Shown piece after piece: positions 1 through 9,899 of a DNA stretch of 32,397 nucleotides. Position numbers and translations under genes: made by a program. Position 1 is the first letter of the stretch; every line of letters begins with the position of its first letter. Source of the stretch: Stramenopiles sp. TOSAG23-2 (Eukaryota); the NCBI GenBank assembly GCA_900128395.1, contig LT649362.1, positions 1 to 32,397 of the forward strand. Direction: 5' to 3'. Under the pieces are notes generated by a model. It made no database searches and was not told the origin of the DNA. It worked only from the letters and a program-made list of their open reading frames with translations.

Positions 1-16
1 ACTATAGTAGGATAAC

Positions 17-96
17 ATATTATTCTTGCGATTGAGTATTGAGCATATTACTTAACACGAGAAGTGTAAAAATATTTTAACTTAGATTTTAACCAA
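17..96 (+). repeat. Dispersed repeat family A, copy 1
   Basis: Aligns with 3399-3496: atattattcttg(c/a)gattgagtattgagcat...atattactt...cacg(a/g)gaagt...agattttaaccaa. Confidence 0.8.
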
Positions 97-258
97 CTAT
101 ATAAATATAATTTAAAATATTAAATACGAGAACAGTAAAAATGTGTTCTTGTCTTTTAATTTAATTCTTGTAAGCTAAAACAGAAGACTGCGCTCGCACT
201 GCTGTGTGTCTTTAAATCGCGAGCTTTAGCTTAATTTTTTTTTTTAAATGTCTGTGTT

Positions 259-1257
259 TCACTTCGTCCCTTTCTTGTTCTTCTTCTTTTTTTTTTTTAC
301 ACCATGTTTCTTTTGTAATGCCCTGAATGCCTCTATTTCATCGCATGTTTTTAAAAACCAATCATGGAAATCATCAAAAGTCATCTGTCCATTGTGTTTT
401 ACAGCTATACGCTTTAACAATTTTCGTGTCAATTTTGCCTTCTCTCTTTCTGTAATTGGTTCACCTCCTGGATGAAATGATGTCCAAACCCATTCAGCCA
501 ACCCATTCAACTCATCTCCTTCTAAGGTTCCATTGCCATCTGCATCGAGTGAATCCCATTTCTTCTTTGCTCTTTTTCGAGCTAATTCTTTTTCCATTGT
601 TGGTCCATCTGGTGGTGGAGCTGGAATAGATAAGGCTAGCATATCGGTTTCTTTTTCCCGCAAAATTTCGCAATTTTCAGCCAATGCTGTGTATAAATGA
701 TCCAAGGATTCAAACTCATGTGCTTCTATACCTTCACAATCTGCCATTGATTCACGGCAATATTTTTCATCATATGCAACTTCGAATGAAGTCCCTCGTA
801 AATGGTCCATTGAATATGCAGTTATTAAGATTTGATCATCAATGTCACGAGTGATATCGATGTTCATTGGCATGCCATACAAAGCATTTTGGCTCACATG
901 AACAGGTACGGGGCGTAAAACTAGATCAACATCTTTTATCAAAATTTGATCGCTTTTTATTTCATTCCATGGGCGAGAAGATAAATTTTCCTTCGCCTCA
1001 GACTTCACATTGCGTAGTTGCAATCTTTGAGCTATTGCAGCACAAAAATCTTCGTCTGTAATCTCTGTTTCGCCGGAATACATTTCTTGGCTTTTCACTA
1101 CTGATTCTTTGTGGCTTTCCACTTCCGGCACACTGAAACTGATATACAATCTCATATTATGATCATCTGATACTACGATACATTCAAGATAATTTGAATC
1201 ATCGCCAAACCTTTTGTAGATAGCATCCGCAATTTCTAATATTTCTCGAGAAAGCAA
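259..1257 (-). CDS. EF-hand-containing protein, apparently the 5'-truncated (C-terminal) part of a larger gene
   Basis: 332-codon ORF with a canonical EF loop DADGNGTLEGDE, a second degenerate EF-hand (KHNGQMTFDDF) and a poly-Lys tail. It is open to an in-frame TAA at 1261-1263 with no ATG at its 5' end. The track start is TTG and the first ATG is at 1155. Confidence 0.7.
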   Translation of the reverse strand: MLSREILEIADAIYKRFGDDSNYLECIVVSDDHNMRLYISFSVPEVESHKESVVKSQEMYSGETEITDEDFCAAIAQRLQLRNVKSEAKENLSSRPWNEIKSDQILIKDVDLVLRPVPVHVSQNALYGMPMNIDITRDIDDQILITAYSMDHLRGTSFEVAYDEKYCRESMADCEGIEAHEFESLDHLYTALAENCEILREKETDMLALSIPAPPPDGPTMEKELARKRAKKKWDSLDADGNGTLEGDELNGLAEWVWTSFHPGGEPITEREKAKLTRKLLKRIAVKHNGQMTFDDFHDWFLKTCDEIEAFRALQKKHGVKKKKKKNKKGTK

Positions 1258-1258
1258 A

Positions 1259-1786
1259 GATTATTATGATGCAAATAATGAACCTGCTATTAAATTATTA
1301 TTATCACCGGCGATATCGCCTAGATCAAATTATAAATTTGCTCCAAAACTGGATATATTTGCTCCAGTAGAAGAAGTCGTTCAACAAATAGAAAATAATA
1401 AACATATATTATCATCATCACCATTGAAAAATAGAAAAGTGTTTGCAATACAACGTGTCGAAGGCTCGAAAGTTTATGACAATATTGGTAATGAATACCT
1501 AATGCCCAATGGTTCAAAAGCTATAATATATGACGAAAACGAACATGAATTGGATGGTGAAGATCCTGATTTAATATCAAATACAAATTTAGATGTATCA
1601 TTTGACATAATGAAACAATCATTACCGAAATATCCATTAGAAGTTGAATTAACACAAGATTTCCCATCATATCACGCATCACGACCGTATTATATTGACT
1701 TTCCAAAAGTTTGCGATTTCCCTCCAAAAATGAATTTTATAAAGAAAGAAATTAAGAAAAAAAGTGGTTTAGATGATGAGTGGTAA
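1259..1786 (+). CDS. Start-less C-terminal fragment of an unknown protein (DYYDANNEPAIK...SGLDDEW*)
   Basis: The frame of the track ORF 1424..1786 (TTG start) is open back to a TAG at 1217-1219 and reads as plausible protein from about 1250. The first ATG is at 1502. It ends in TAA followed by normal intergenic DNA. The left boundary is approximate. Confidence 0.55.
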   Translation, partial: DYYDANNEPAIKLLLSPAISPRSNYKFAPKLDIFAPVEEVVQQIENNKHILSSSPLKNRKVFAIQRVEGSKVYDNIGNEYLMPNGSKAIIYDENEHELDGEDPDLISNTNLDVSFDIMKQSLPKYPLEVELTQDFPSYHASRPYYIDFPKVCDFPPKMNFIKKEIKKKSGLDDEW

Positions 1787-1935
1787 AAAAATAGAGATAA
1801 TCTGGCTACTGTAATATTTCAATTTACTGTATATGGTACCTGTACTATTGAAACTATTCTAACTGTATCGATATTCGAATAGCTCATATTCATTTTTATA
1901 TGATAGACTATATATAGTTGGCCTTTGGCCATTTT

Positions 1936-2023
1936 TGGATTTTTTGAATTATCCAATATATAATACTGTATCACCCTATAAATATCTGTATTAATTGGTA
2001 TACTAAATCGAACTTGTTGAGCC
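1936..2023 (+). repeat. Dispersed repeat family B, copy 1
   Basis: tggattttttgaattatccaat...aattggtatactaaatcgaacttgttgagcc matches 28616-28692. Confidence 0.75.
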
Positions 2024-2367
2024 TATATTTTTGGGGAAATTTTAATTTATTAATTTGCCAGTTGCAGATTTGTTGTTTGTAAACAATAATAAGCACAGAG
2101 CACCATTAATAGATTTGGATATAATAGCTGGATAGCGCGGATCCTCTCTTCTAGATTTGGACCTAGACCAGGAAATGCCTCTGGTGTCCACAGCATCCAC
2201 TCCAGAGAACCTTTGTATATAGTTGCTATAATAAATCTAGAAGTAGTATCTGCATGCACACAAATGACGTATCACTTTATGAGACATAAACAAAACTGTA
2301 CCATATATAATATATATATATATATATGTCATAATAAATTATAATATCGAATCCGTCATACCAAACA

Positions 2368-3357
2368 ATGGCATCATCAACACAAGCAATTCCAAGGGCG
2401 CGTGCCAATGTTGAACGAAAAATTGCAGCATCACTTGAAGATGGTAGATTGAATAACAATAATACTAACCTCTCGAAAGGTAAACGTAACATTAGGGCAT
2501 CTTCCTCCTCGTCTAATAAATTAAAATTGTATTATAAATATTGCTTTGGCATTCTTGCCAGTTTGTATATATTTTTCCATTATATTTTGAGCGATCAATT
2601 ACAGTTTGAGACTGTGAAAATCATTTTATTAATGTGTGGTGGAATTGAAACATCTTTTAAAAGCCAACATGGACAAGATCGGTTTGCATATAAAACTTTT
2701 TTCCCTGACGCAAGCAGTGGTGGTACCTTCGTTGAATTTGGAGCTAGAAATGGTGTATCGCATAGCAATACCTGGTATTTTGAACATGAACATAAATGGC
2801 ATGGTATATTGCTAGAACCTGGTCCTGAATACTTTCAAATTGAAAATAATCGACCAAGATCCATTTCCTTTCATAATACTGCTTGTATGCAAGACAAATA
2901 TGAAAATAAAAAAAGAATATTTATTGTAGCAGATACTCAAGGTTGGCATGGCTTTAAAGATACATATGATAAAGAGCGTTTAAAAGAATTAATAGCAAGA
3001 GATGGAATTAAACAAGAGCTTATTATTCAATGTAAATCGATACCAAATATATTGCAAAATTTGAATATGCGAAGGGTGAATTATATGACCGTAGATACAG
3101 AAGGTGGTGAAGTTGATTTTTTATTAAATTTTCCATTTCATAAATTTGTCATTGATGTTATTCAAGTTGAAATACGTTGTATCCCAGGAAGTGGAGCTTG
3201 CACGGATGGTGTTACTGCTAAAGATGTGATGGAACGTTTTGGTTATATGTTACATACAAAATATCGTGTTGATTCAGAAACAGAAGATTATTTTTTCCAA
3301 CGAACAGCAAAGGTAGATTCTTTAAAAGGTATATTGAATGGTAATTTCACTGCGTAA
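2368..3357 (+). CDS. FkbM family (Methyltransf_21) SAM-dependent methyltransferase with an N-terminal membrane anchor
   Basis: Motifs SQHGQD, GTFVEFGARNGVSHSNTWYFE, WHGILLEP and VNYMTVDTEGGE. The hydrophobic segment YCFGILASLYIFFHYIL precedes the domain. Confidence 0.9.
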   Translation: MASSTQAIPRARANVERKIAASLEDGRLNNNNTNLSKGKRNIRASSSSSNKLKLYYKYCFGILASLYIFFHYILSDQLQFETVKIILLMCGGIETSFKSQHGQDRFAYKTFFPDASSGGTFVEFGARNGVSHSNTWYFEHEHKWHGILLEPGPEYFQIENNRPRSISFHNTACMQDKYENKKRIFIVADTQGWHGFKDTYDKERLKELIARDGIKQELIIQCKSIPNILQNLNMRRVNYMTVDTEGGEVDFLLNFPFHKFVIDVIQVEIRCIPGSGACTDGVTAKDVMERFGYMLHTKYRVDSETEDYFFQRTAKVDSLKGILNGNFTA

Positions 3358-3398
3358 AAAGTAGAGAGATGTGAGGAATGAGATATATATATGTTCAT

Positions 3399-3496
3399 AT
3401 ATTATTCTTGAGATTGAGTATTGAGCATTATATATATATGATATTACTTTAGCACGGGAAGTAAAATTATTATTATAACTTTGAGATTTTAACCAA
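3399..3496 (+). repeat. Dispersed repeat family A, copy 2 (with an internal (TA)n insertion)
   Basis: Direct-orientation diverged copy of 17-96, lying between the convergent FkbM and GPCR stop codons. Confidence 0.8.
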
Positions 3497-3573
3497 TCAT
3501 CATTAATATGACACTTTACACACACACACACACACACATACACATCATAGAAATTATCTAAAATCCATTTTCT

Positions 3574-4662
3574 TTAAACAGAATCGGCTTCTTTTTGAAT
3601 ACCATTATTGTCTTCACTACCTTCGCTATCATTTCTACCAGTAACATCAACTAATTGCTTTGAATCTATTGACCCTTCACGATTAGCTTTAAAACAAAAA
3701 GGAAAACGTTCGCGTAAAAACTCTTCCCATTGCCTTTTTATTTTTTTATTTGCGCCATACACAAGTGCATTGCAAAATCCTTGCAATGGACTAGTCATAG
3801 ATTGCAACAATAAGAAGAAATATACGGTCTCACCATTACTTGCAATTTCATAAAATCGATTTATAACACTGGGTATACGTGTAAGTAAAAATACAATTAA
3901 ATATTTTCTCAATCTTAAAATTATTGGCCTTTTTTGCTCTGATGCGAATGATTGCAAACCACGTCCAATTAAAACGTAAAAGACTCCATTGATTACCATC
4001 ATGATCAATAATGGTATATAATAACCTAATAATCTTTCAATAGGTCTTTCTTTCTTAATCCAACACCAATTGCCTGCATCGCCCAGGCTACCAGTAGATG
4101 CAACGATAATTAATAAAAATAATGGAAAACCCCAACAAATTAAATGATAATACATTTCATAATGCTCAACACGCTCACCATGTTTTGCAACTAAAACTTG
4201 ATAAATGTTAAACGCAATCACTGTAGTCCAGCAAAAGCTGGCCATCTCAAAATATTGAGACATGCTTGCACTCAATGCGCATGCAAATTCAGGTTCGAAA
4301 CATTTGGTTGCAAAATTATCAAAACCAATGTAAAATTGAACCGACGAGAAGAAATCTGATATAGATAGCATAACTATTAATTTTAATGGAAATGTTCTCA
4401 TAGATACAAAATAATAATAACTAAATATAATGAAAGAAGAACCAACCATTGACATTGTTGCAGTGCAAAAAATGACAAATTTTATCCCTGTAGATTGTCC
4501 TTCTGTCAACGTAGTGATGGCACCAGTACAACTTGCATTATCAGACATATCTGCATGAATAACAAGAGTAATGATGAAACATATAAAAGCTGAAGTACAC
4601 GCTATTAGAATACCATTCCAAGCTTTTATTGTTTTCATGAATGTAGAATCTTCTTGTTCCAT
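3574..4662 (-). CDS. G-protein-coupled receptor, GCR1/cAMP receptor-like (Dicty_CAR-type)
   Basis: Motifs SMVGSSFII, LIVMLSISDF, QYFEMASFCWTTVIAFN, YYHLICWGFP, GNWCWI and PLQGFCNALVYG. Start placed at MEQEDS (ATG 4662, A at -3), because the upstream extension in the track is microsatellite/UTR-like. Confidence 0.9.
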   Translation of the reverse strand: MEQEDSTFMKTIKAWNGILIACTSAFICFIITLVIHADMSDNASCTGAITTLTEGQSTGIKFVIFCTATMSMVGSSFIIFSYYYFVSMRTFPLKLIVMLSISDFFSSVQFYIGFDNFATKCFEPEFACALSASMSQYFEMASFCWTTVIAFNIYQVLVAKHGERVEHYEMYYHLICWGFPLFLLIIVASTGSLGDAGNWCWIKKERPIERLLGYYIPLLIMMVINGVFYVLIGRGLQSFASEQKRPIILRLRKYLIVFLLTRIPSVINRFYEIASNGETVYFFLLLQSMTSPLQGFCNALVYGANKKIKRQWEEFLRERFPFCFKANREGSIDSKQLVDVTGRNDSEGSEDNNGIQKEADSV

Positions 4663-4989
4663 GATAATGTTGTTGTTAATTTTTTCTTTTGTCTCTGTTT
4701 GTGGGTATGTATATATATGATATCTCACAAACTATTTTATTCCTTTTTTTTCTATCTATCTATCTATCTATATATATATATATATATAATTAATGGAAGG
4801 TACGAAGTAGATTTCTATACAAAAAGATATAAGCTTTTATGTATCTTTTTTAATATAATTTTTTTTAAATTTACCCCGTAAATTCATCATCATCATAATA
4901 ATCCATCATATATATTTACATATTATGCAGTGATAGCAAAATAATAGTGAATAGTATACGAGGCTCGTATACCACTATAGTATTCATCA

Positions 4990-5133
4990 TACCGGCATAC
5001 CGGCATTATCTTCCATTGCATTTGTTGAGTTGTTGCATTTCATGCAGCATTCCGTCCAGGCATTCCAGGCATTCCTGGCATTCCATTCCAGGCGCCAGGA
5101 TTATTGCTCGCTGGATTGCTGGATTGCTGGATC
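4990..5133. repeat. GC-rich micro-repeat patch in the divergent GPCR/DENN intergenic region
   Basis: accggcat x2, repeated (a/t)ggcattcc units and gctggat(t) x3. Confidence 0.6.
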
Positions 5134-5295
5134 TATTATTGCCAATTGTGCAATTATTATTATAAATACTAGTTATAAATATACAACCATCTCATCATAT
5201 AACAGTTTACATCCTATAAAAGCAAGTTGGTAGAAGAAGAAGACGGGTATATATAGTACTATACATATATTATTATTTTTGAAAAACATCAAAAT

Positions 5296-8200
5296 ATGGA
5301 TGAGGAAACTGCTAATGCATTACGGCCATCGGAACGGCTAGGAAATTATTTTGTAGTAATTGGTGATACAAATACAGAGAAACATCCAGAACCATTGCCA
5401 GAGCATCAATTGCAAAAATATATAACAGATATTCTTATAGTCAATCCAAAATCTGACGAGTTAAGTTATAATTATGAACTTGTCACGAAAAAAATAGGTG
5501 GTGAACGTTTAAATTTGAAAGCATCTAAATTTATGGGTGGTAAGCTGTTTCTAGCTGTTGAATACAACGGTGCGAATTCACCTATAACAGGCATAACTAT
5601 TTGTAACTTAACAAGTTTACCAGAAAATTACTTACCAATAACAAAAACACCTTCTGGGCGCGATGCTTCAGTAGGTACACTAAAGAAACAAAAGATGTAC
5701 ATAGCAATAGAACGAAATGAGAAAACAAAATATTTTGTAACGGCACTTTCTACATTTTGTCCTGGAAGGAACGAAGTACTCCCTGAAAGATATAGAAAAT
5801 GTGGTGTGCCGTTATATAAATCACTAACCTATCAGAGACTTCCTGTTTATTTGACATATGAGATACTAGATAAAGATGATCCAAAATCACTTTACAAAGC
5901 TGAAGTGTTGGACCGTTATCCAAAAGAAGATTATGAAGACAGTCCACTAATAGCAAATGCAGCTAATTTTTGCTTACCAGAAGGTTTGCAGGTTGAATTA
6001 TTCGATATTAGACGTGTACCGATGCCGAAATGGTATCCATTTGTATTAACAGAATCAAGTGGTCGTAGAATTTATGGTGCGTCATTAGTATTTTGGGAAG
6101 CTATTTTAAATAAAGAAGCGAAAGATAGTGTCAATTTATCAGCTTTATATAAACAAAGTTCTGGGGGAAATGATGATACTGCATTTATGTTACTTCATAA
6201 AACAAAATGTATATGCATCATGTCTCATCATCCATTTTTTTCACCATATAAAAAAGTTTTGCAATTTTTATATCGTATATCACTTGGTAAAAACCAAAAA
6301 ATGCCGATAGAACGATATATATCCCATTTATTAGGCGAAGTTACTTCACCTAAGCCATCATGCAGTCATATAGTGGATTGGCGATTAGGTGCAAATAATA
6401 AAATTGAATTTGATCGCCCTAGTCCATTTCAATTGCCACTGGTAGACCTATCTTTCCTACCATTGTTTCATATGTTGGACGCAGAGAATGTTGCGAAATT
6501 ATTATATTTGTTCATTTCAGAGAAAAAAATTTTGCTTTCCTCTGTTCACATGCCAATTCTATGCTACGTAGCAGAAGCTGTACGATCATTAATGTTTCCC
6601 TTAGATTATCAAGGCGTCTATATACCTATGTGTTCACATGAATTATATGCTGTATTAGAGGCTCCTGTCCCTTTTGTGGTTGGAATGAGCTCAAATTATA
6701 TCAAGCGATTATTAATACCGACTGGCGTTTGGATTGTGGATTTAGATAATAATTCTATGCATTGTTCCGGAATTGAAAATTCGAACAATGGTCCATATGA
6801 ATTTCTCGAAATGAATACTGTTAAAACGTTTGTTAAAGGCTTAAATTATTATTTAAACGATGCTGGTGTTAAAGCAGATGGTAATTCAGCTGTTATTAAT
6901 GCGTTTCAATCTAGCCAAGAAGCCATGTTGGCATCGACATTAAACTTGTCAGTTGAAGGCATTAGAAATGAAGCGTTGAAAATGATGGTACAATATTTAA
7001 GACATTATAGAAATCATTTAAAAGTTAAAGATGGTAGAATCCGAAACCTAAGCGATATGTTTGATATAGAAGCATTTGTTGCAAACGCTGTGCCAGAGCA
7101 TCAAGCGTTTTTGAAAGAAATAGTACCCACACAAACATTTGGTGCTTTTATCCAAGAACGAACGTTTCCATCTAATAACGCTCCATGTTTTGTTTTTTTC
7201 GACCAATGCTTAGATTTATCTTTACCAAACGATGAAGATGCATCACCTGTACTATTGGAAATGCAAATCAAGCGAAGAATGGAAACTGGGGCTAAAAATG
7301 TCCATCCAGCATTAAAACGTAGATTGAGTTTAGGACTTTCCAAAGATGTAAAGGTTAAAGTATTTGAAGGTCCAAGTTTTGAAAATTTAGATGACAATAA
7401 AACTTACGATTATGACGATTATTGGCCAAATTTAGATACATCATTGTATTTACCAGAATCTTCCAACGTTTCTAGTTATCAAGTAATACATGGGAACGAA
7501 AAAATTGCAGCAAGAACAGAACAAGAATTAATTAGTAGCCTTCAAGCTGATAAATCAGCATGGTATTTTACATATATGAATTCTTCAAGTAACAAATCCG
7601 ATGCGGCAAAGGCAAAAGTTGAATCTTTGCTAAAACATTTTTATGGGTTATATGGATTATGTTTAGTAAGTGCACTTGCTTTATTGAATAAATCCGACTA
7701 CAGCGAGGAGGAAGAGGACAAAAATGATACTGAAGAACAAAAGTCAAATATAGTGGCTGATAATGAAGATGAGGAGAAAATGAAGTATTACACAAATAAA
7801 CTATCTATAGAGGCTCAGAAAAAAAGACTATTTAAAAATTTAAATGCGGTATGGTCGCAAATCAAAGTAGGTCTTATTATTTTAGACGAAGCTGGTTATA
7901 GATCTTTACTAACGGCATGTTCCTATTTAGGACATGATGGAAAGAGATTGGCTGAAGAGGTGTATATGATGATGAAAACGGTACAATATGGCAAAGTGTC
8001 TGCATTGACTTACAGTCAATACACTCGTGTTCGAGCTGTTTCTTCAAAACCACAGCCAAAGGGTGATGACAAAACATCAAATGAAGCATGTGAAAACGGG
8101 ACAGATAAAAATCATTCCAAGGGAAACAATTTAACTGATTCTTGGTTACTTATGTGGAGTAAACAAAAATGTACTAAATGTGAATATAGATATTTAGATG

Positions 8201-9801
8201 AGCAAATTTTAAATCGATTTGAAGATAGTGGCTTAGCTCGTACAATTAGCTGTCCTTGCTGTGGAACATCAATAGAACCAAAATTGTATTTTCGTTCTTA
8301 TGTATCATCTCGTGTTGTTGATGATTTAAAGTCGACTTCAGCAAACGTAAGTGAAAAAAAGGCTGGAAAAATTGCTAGCACAAAGACACCAGAAAAATAT
8401 CCCACAAATAATAATGTAAAGGTGCAAGCAGAAAGTAATGAAGAAATCGATAATGTTGAAAAATCTGTGACTGATGCTGTAGGAGAAGCAACAAAAGATA
8501 GTAACATTACAGACGGAACTAGCGAAGATGTCAATAAGAACTCAGGTGATGATGTAGTTACAGTAGATGATGTGCAACTTGAGTCAGGCGGTGCTAACAA
8601 CAATGGTAATGCAGATACATTTGACGAAACTGCGGGACCTCTGAGTCGTTCTATGTCAATGCAAGATAAATTAAAAATTGTTCGCAGTAGTTTAATTTTC
8701 TTAGATTTACCTGATTCAAATGACAGAAGTAGATCTAATACTACAAATAGTCTTAGTCATACTAAGAGTGCATTTAGTAGACGATCAACTGTCGAAACAA
8801 TTAATGAAAACATAAAAAATAATTTTGCCTCTGCTTCAAATATTTTTGAAAATACTCACATGAAAGAGCGGAAAGAAATCTCGAAGTACCGTGGCACTAT
8901 TTCTGGCAGCGGGTGCTCGGATTCTGCAGTTGCATATTTAAGCTTGATAAGATTACGAACTGATATGGAGAAAGTCTTGACCATTGAAGGCCATAATGGT
9001 TTTGAACGGTCTAGATTACGTTTACGGCATCAGCATTTATTTTACAATTTAGTATGGTATTGTTCAAGATTAAATTTGGATGTGCCACTGAATCTTGAAA
9101 GCCATGGGAACAAATCATATAAGATGTGGAAAGAACATGTACAATTTAGTTTTAGTTCTTATCATGGAAAACGTACAATTCCGGGTTATGGTATTGACGT
9201 CTTTTCATTAAGATCGTTCGAACTCAAAAAAAGAAAGCTATTAATAACCGATTCTCCTACAAGAAGAAGGGCTCAAACAAGTGGTAAAAAATTGGAAAGT
9301 GGTAGGCAAAGTGGGTATAAAACAAGTGAAAATGAGGATGAGGATGAATCAGCAGCTTTAATACACTTTAGCAAAGATCTAATGCATCGAAAAAACAAAT
9401 GGATAGACGAAACTATGGATTTGATGCACAATGGATACCATGAGGAGATAATTACATCATTTTTAAAATTACGATTGGAACCTGGATTGGTGTGGCCAGA
9501 AATTAAAAATTCAATTTATGATGAAATGAGACAAATGCATGCGAAAGATATACTATTAAAAGAAAAAAATGGTGTATTTGGTTCTGTCTCTGAACTAGGC
9601 GGTATGAAAAAAGTACATGTGCCATCGAAAGTTGGAAAACCACCAAATAAATACGATGACACAAATAGTTTTGAAGTCAACTTTGATAATGCAATAAATT
9701 GGTTGAGTCCGCATTATAGAGACGAAGTTAAAACGCAAGATACATGTGGTTGTAATATGAGTGTACGCTTAATCAGGCATACATTTGGAGAGTTATGGTA
9801 A
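5296..9801 (+). CDS. DENN domain Rab GEF, DENND4-like (MABP + uDENN/DENN/dDENN + PPR-like + CxxC region)
   Basis: N-terminal MABP-like repeats (ITDILIV, PITGITI, KTPSGRDA), EVLDRYP..D, NFCLPEG, FVLTESSGRRIYGASLVFWE, EKKILLSS, FPLDYQGVYIP, EAPVPFVVG and TQTFGAFI. Also PPR-like DEAGYRSLLTAC, CTKC...CPCC and LFYNLVWY. Confidence 0.85.
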   Translation: MDEETANALRPSERLGNYFVVIGDTNTEKHPEPLPEHQLQKYITDILIVNPKSDELSYNYELVTKKIGGERLNLKASKFMGGKLFLAVEYNGANSPITGITICNLTSLPENYLPITKTPSGRDASVGTLKKQKMYIAIERNEKTKYFVTALSTFCPGRNEVLPERYRKCGVPLYKSLTYQRLPVYLTYEILDKDDPKSLYKAEVLDRYPKEDYEDSPLIANAANFCLPEGLQVELFDIRRVPMPKWYPFVLTESSGRRIYGASLVFWEAILNKEAKDSVNLSALYKQSSGGNDDTAFMLLHKTKCICIMSHHPFFSPYKKVLQFLYRISLGKNQKMPIERYISHLLGEVTSPKPSCSHIVDWRLGANNKIEFDRPSPFQLPLVDLSFLPLFHMLDAENVAKLLYLFISEKKILLSSVHMPILCYVAEAVRSLMFPLDYQGVYIPMCSHELYAVLEAPVPFVVGMSSNYIKRLLIPTGVWIVDLDNNSMHCSGIENSNNGPYEFLEMNTVKTFVKGLNYYLNDAGVKADGNSAVINAFQSSQEAMLASTLNLSVEGIRNEALKMMVQYLRHYRNHLKVKDGRIRNLSDMFDIEAFVANAVPEHQAFLKEIVPTQTFGAFIQERTFPSNNAPCFVFFDQCLDLSLPNDEDASPVLLEMQIKRRMETGAKNVHPALKRRLSLGLSKDVKVKVFEGPSFENLDDNKTYDYDDYWPNLDTSLYLPESSNVSSYQVIHGNEKIAARTEQELISSLQADKSAWYFTYMNSSSNKSDAAKAKVESLLKHFYGLYGLCLVSALALLNKSDYSEEEEDKNDTEEQKSNIVADNEDEEKMKYYTNKLSIEAQKKRLFKNLNAVWSQIKVGLIILDEAGYRSLLTACSYLGHDGKRLAEEVYMMMKTVQYGKVSALTYSQYTRVRAVSSKPQPKGDDKTSNEACENGTDKNHSKGNNLTDSWLLMWSKQKCTKCEYRYLDEQILNRFEDSGLARTISCPCCGTSIEPKLYFRSYVSSRVVDDLKSTSANVSEKKAGKIASTKTPEKYPTNNNVKVQAESNEEIDNVEKSVTDAVGEATKDSNITDGTSEDVNKNSGDDVVTVDDVQLESGGANNNGNADTFDETAGPLSRSMSMQDKLKIVRSSLIFLDLPDSNDRSRSNTTNSLSHTKSAFSRRSTVETINENIKNNFASASNIFENTHMKERKEISKYRGTISGSGCSDSAVAYLSLIRLRTDMEKVLTIEGHNGFERSRLRLRHQHLFYNLVWYCSRLNLDVPLNLESHGNKSYKMWKEHVQFSFSSYHGKRTIPGYGIDVFSLRSFELKKRKLLITDSPTRRRAQTSGKKLESGRQSGYKTSENEDEDESAALIHFSKDLMHRKNKWIDETMDLMHNGYHEEIITSFLKLRLEPGLVWPEIKNSIYDEMRQMHAKDILLKEKNGVFGSVSELGGMKKVHVPSKVGKPPNKYDDTNSFEVNFDNAINWLSPHYRDEVKTQDTCGCNMSVRLIRHTFGELW

Positions 9802-9899
9802 ATTTTAAAATATCATCTCTCGTGTACAACAAAAGTATGTATCATAAAAATTTTTTATACACGACGCGACTATTATACACACTACACGAGTAAAAAACT

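Noticed and set aside
1245-1250. XhoI site (CTCGAG) as evidence of a cloning/ligation junction
   Set aside because: No such site at the second junction (~16750), and a single hexamer is expected by chance
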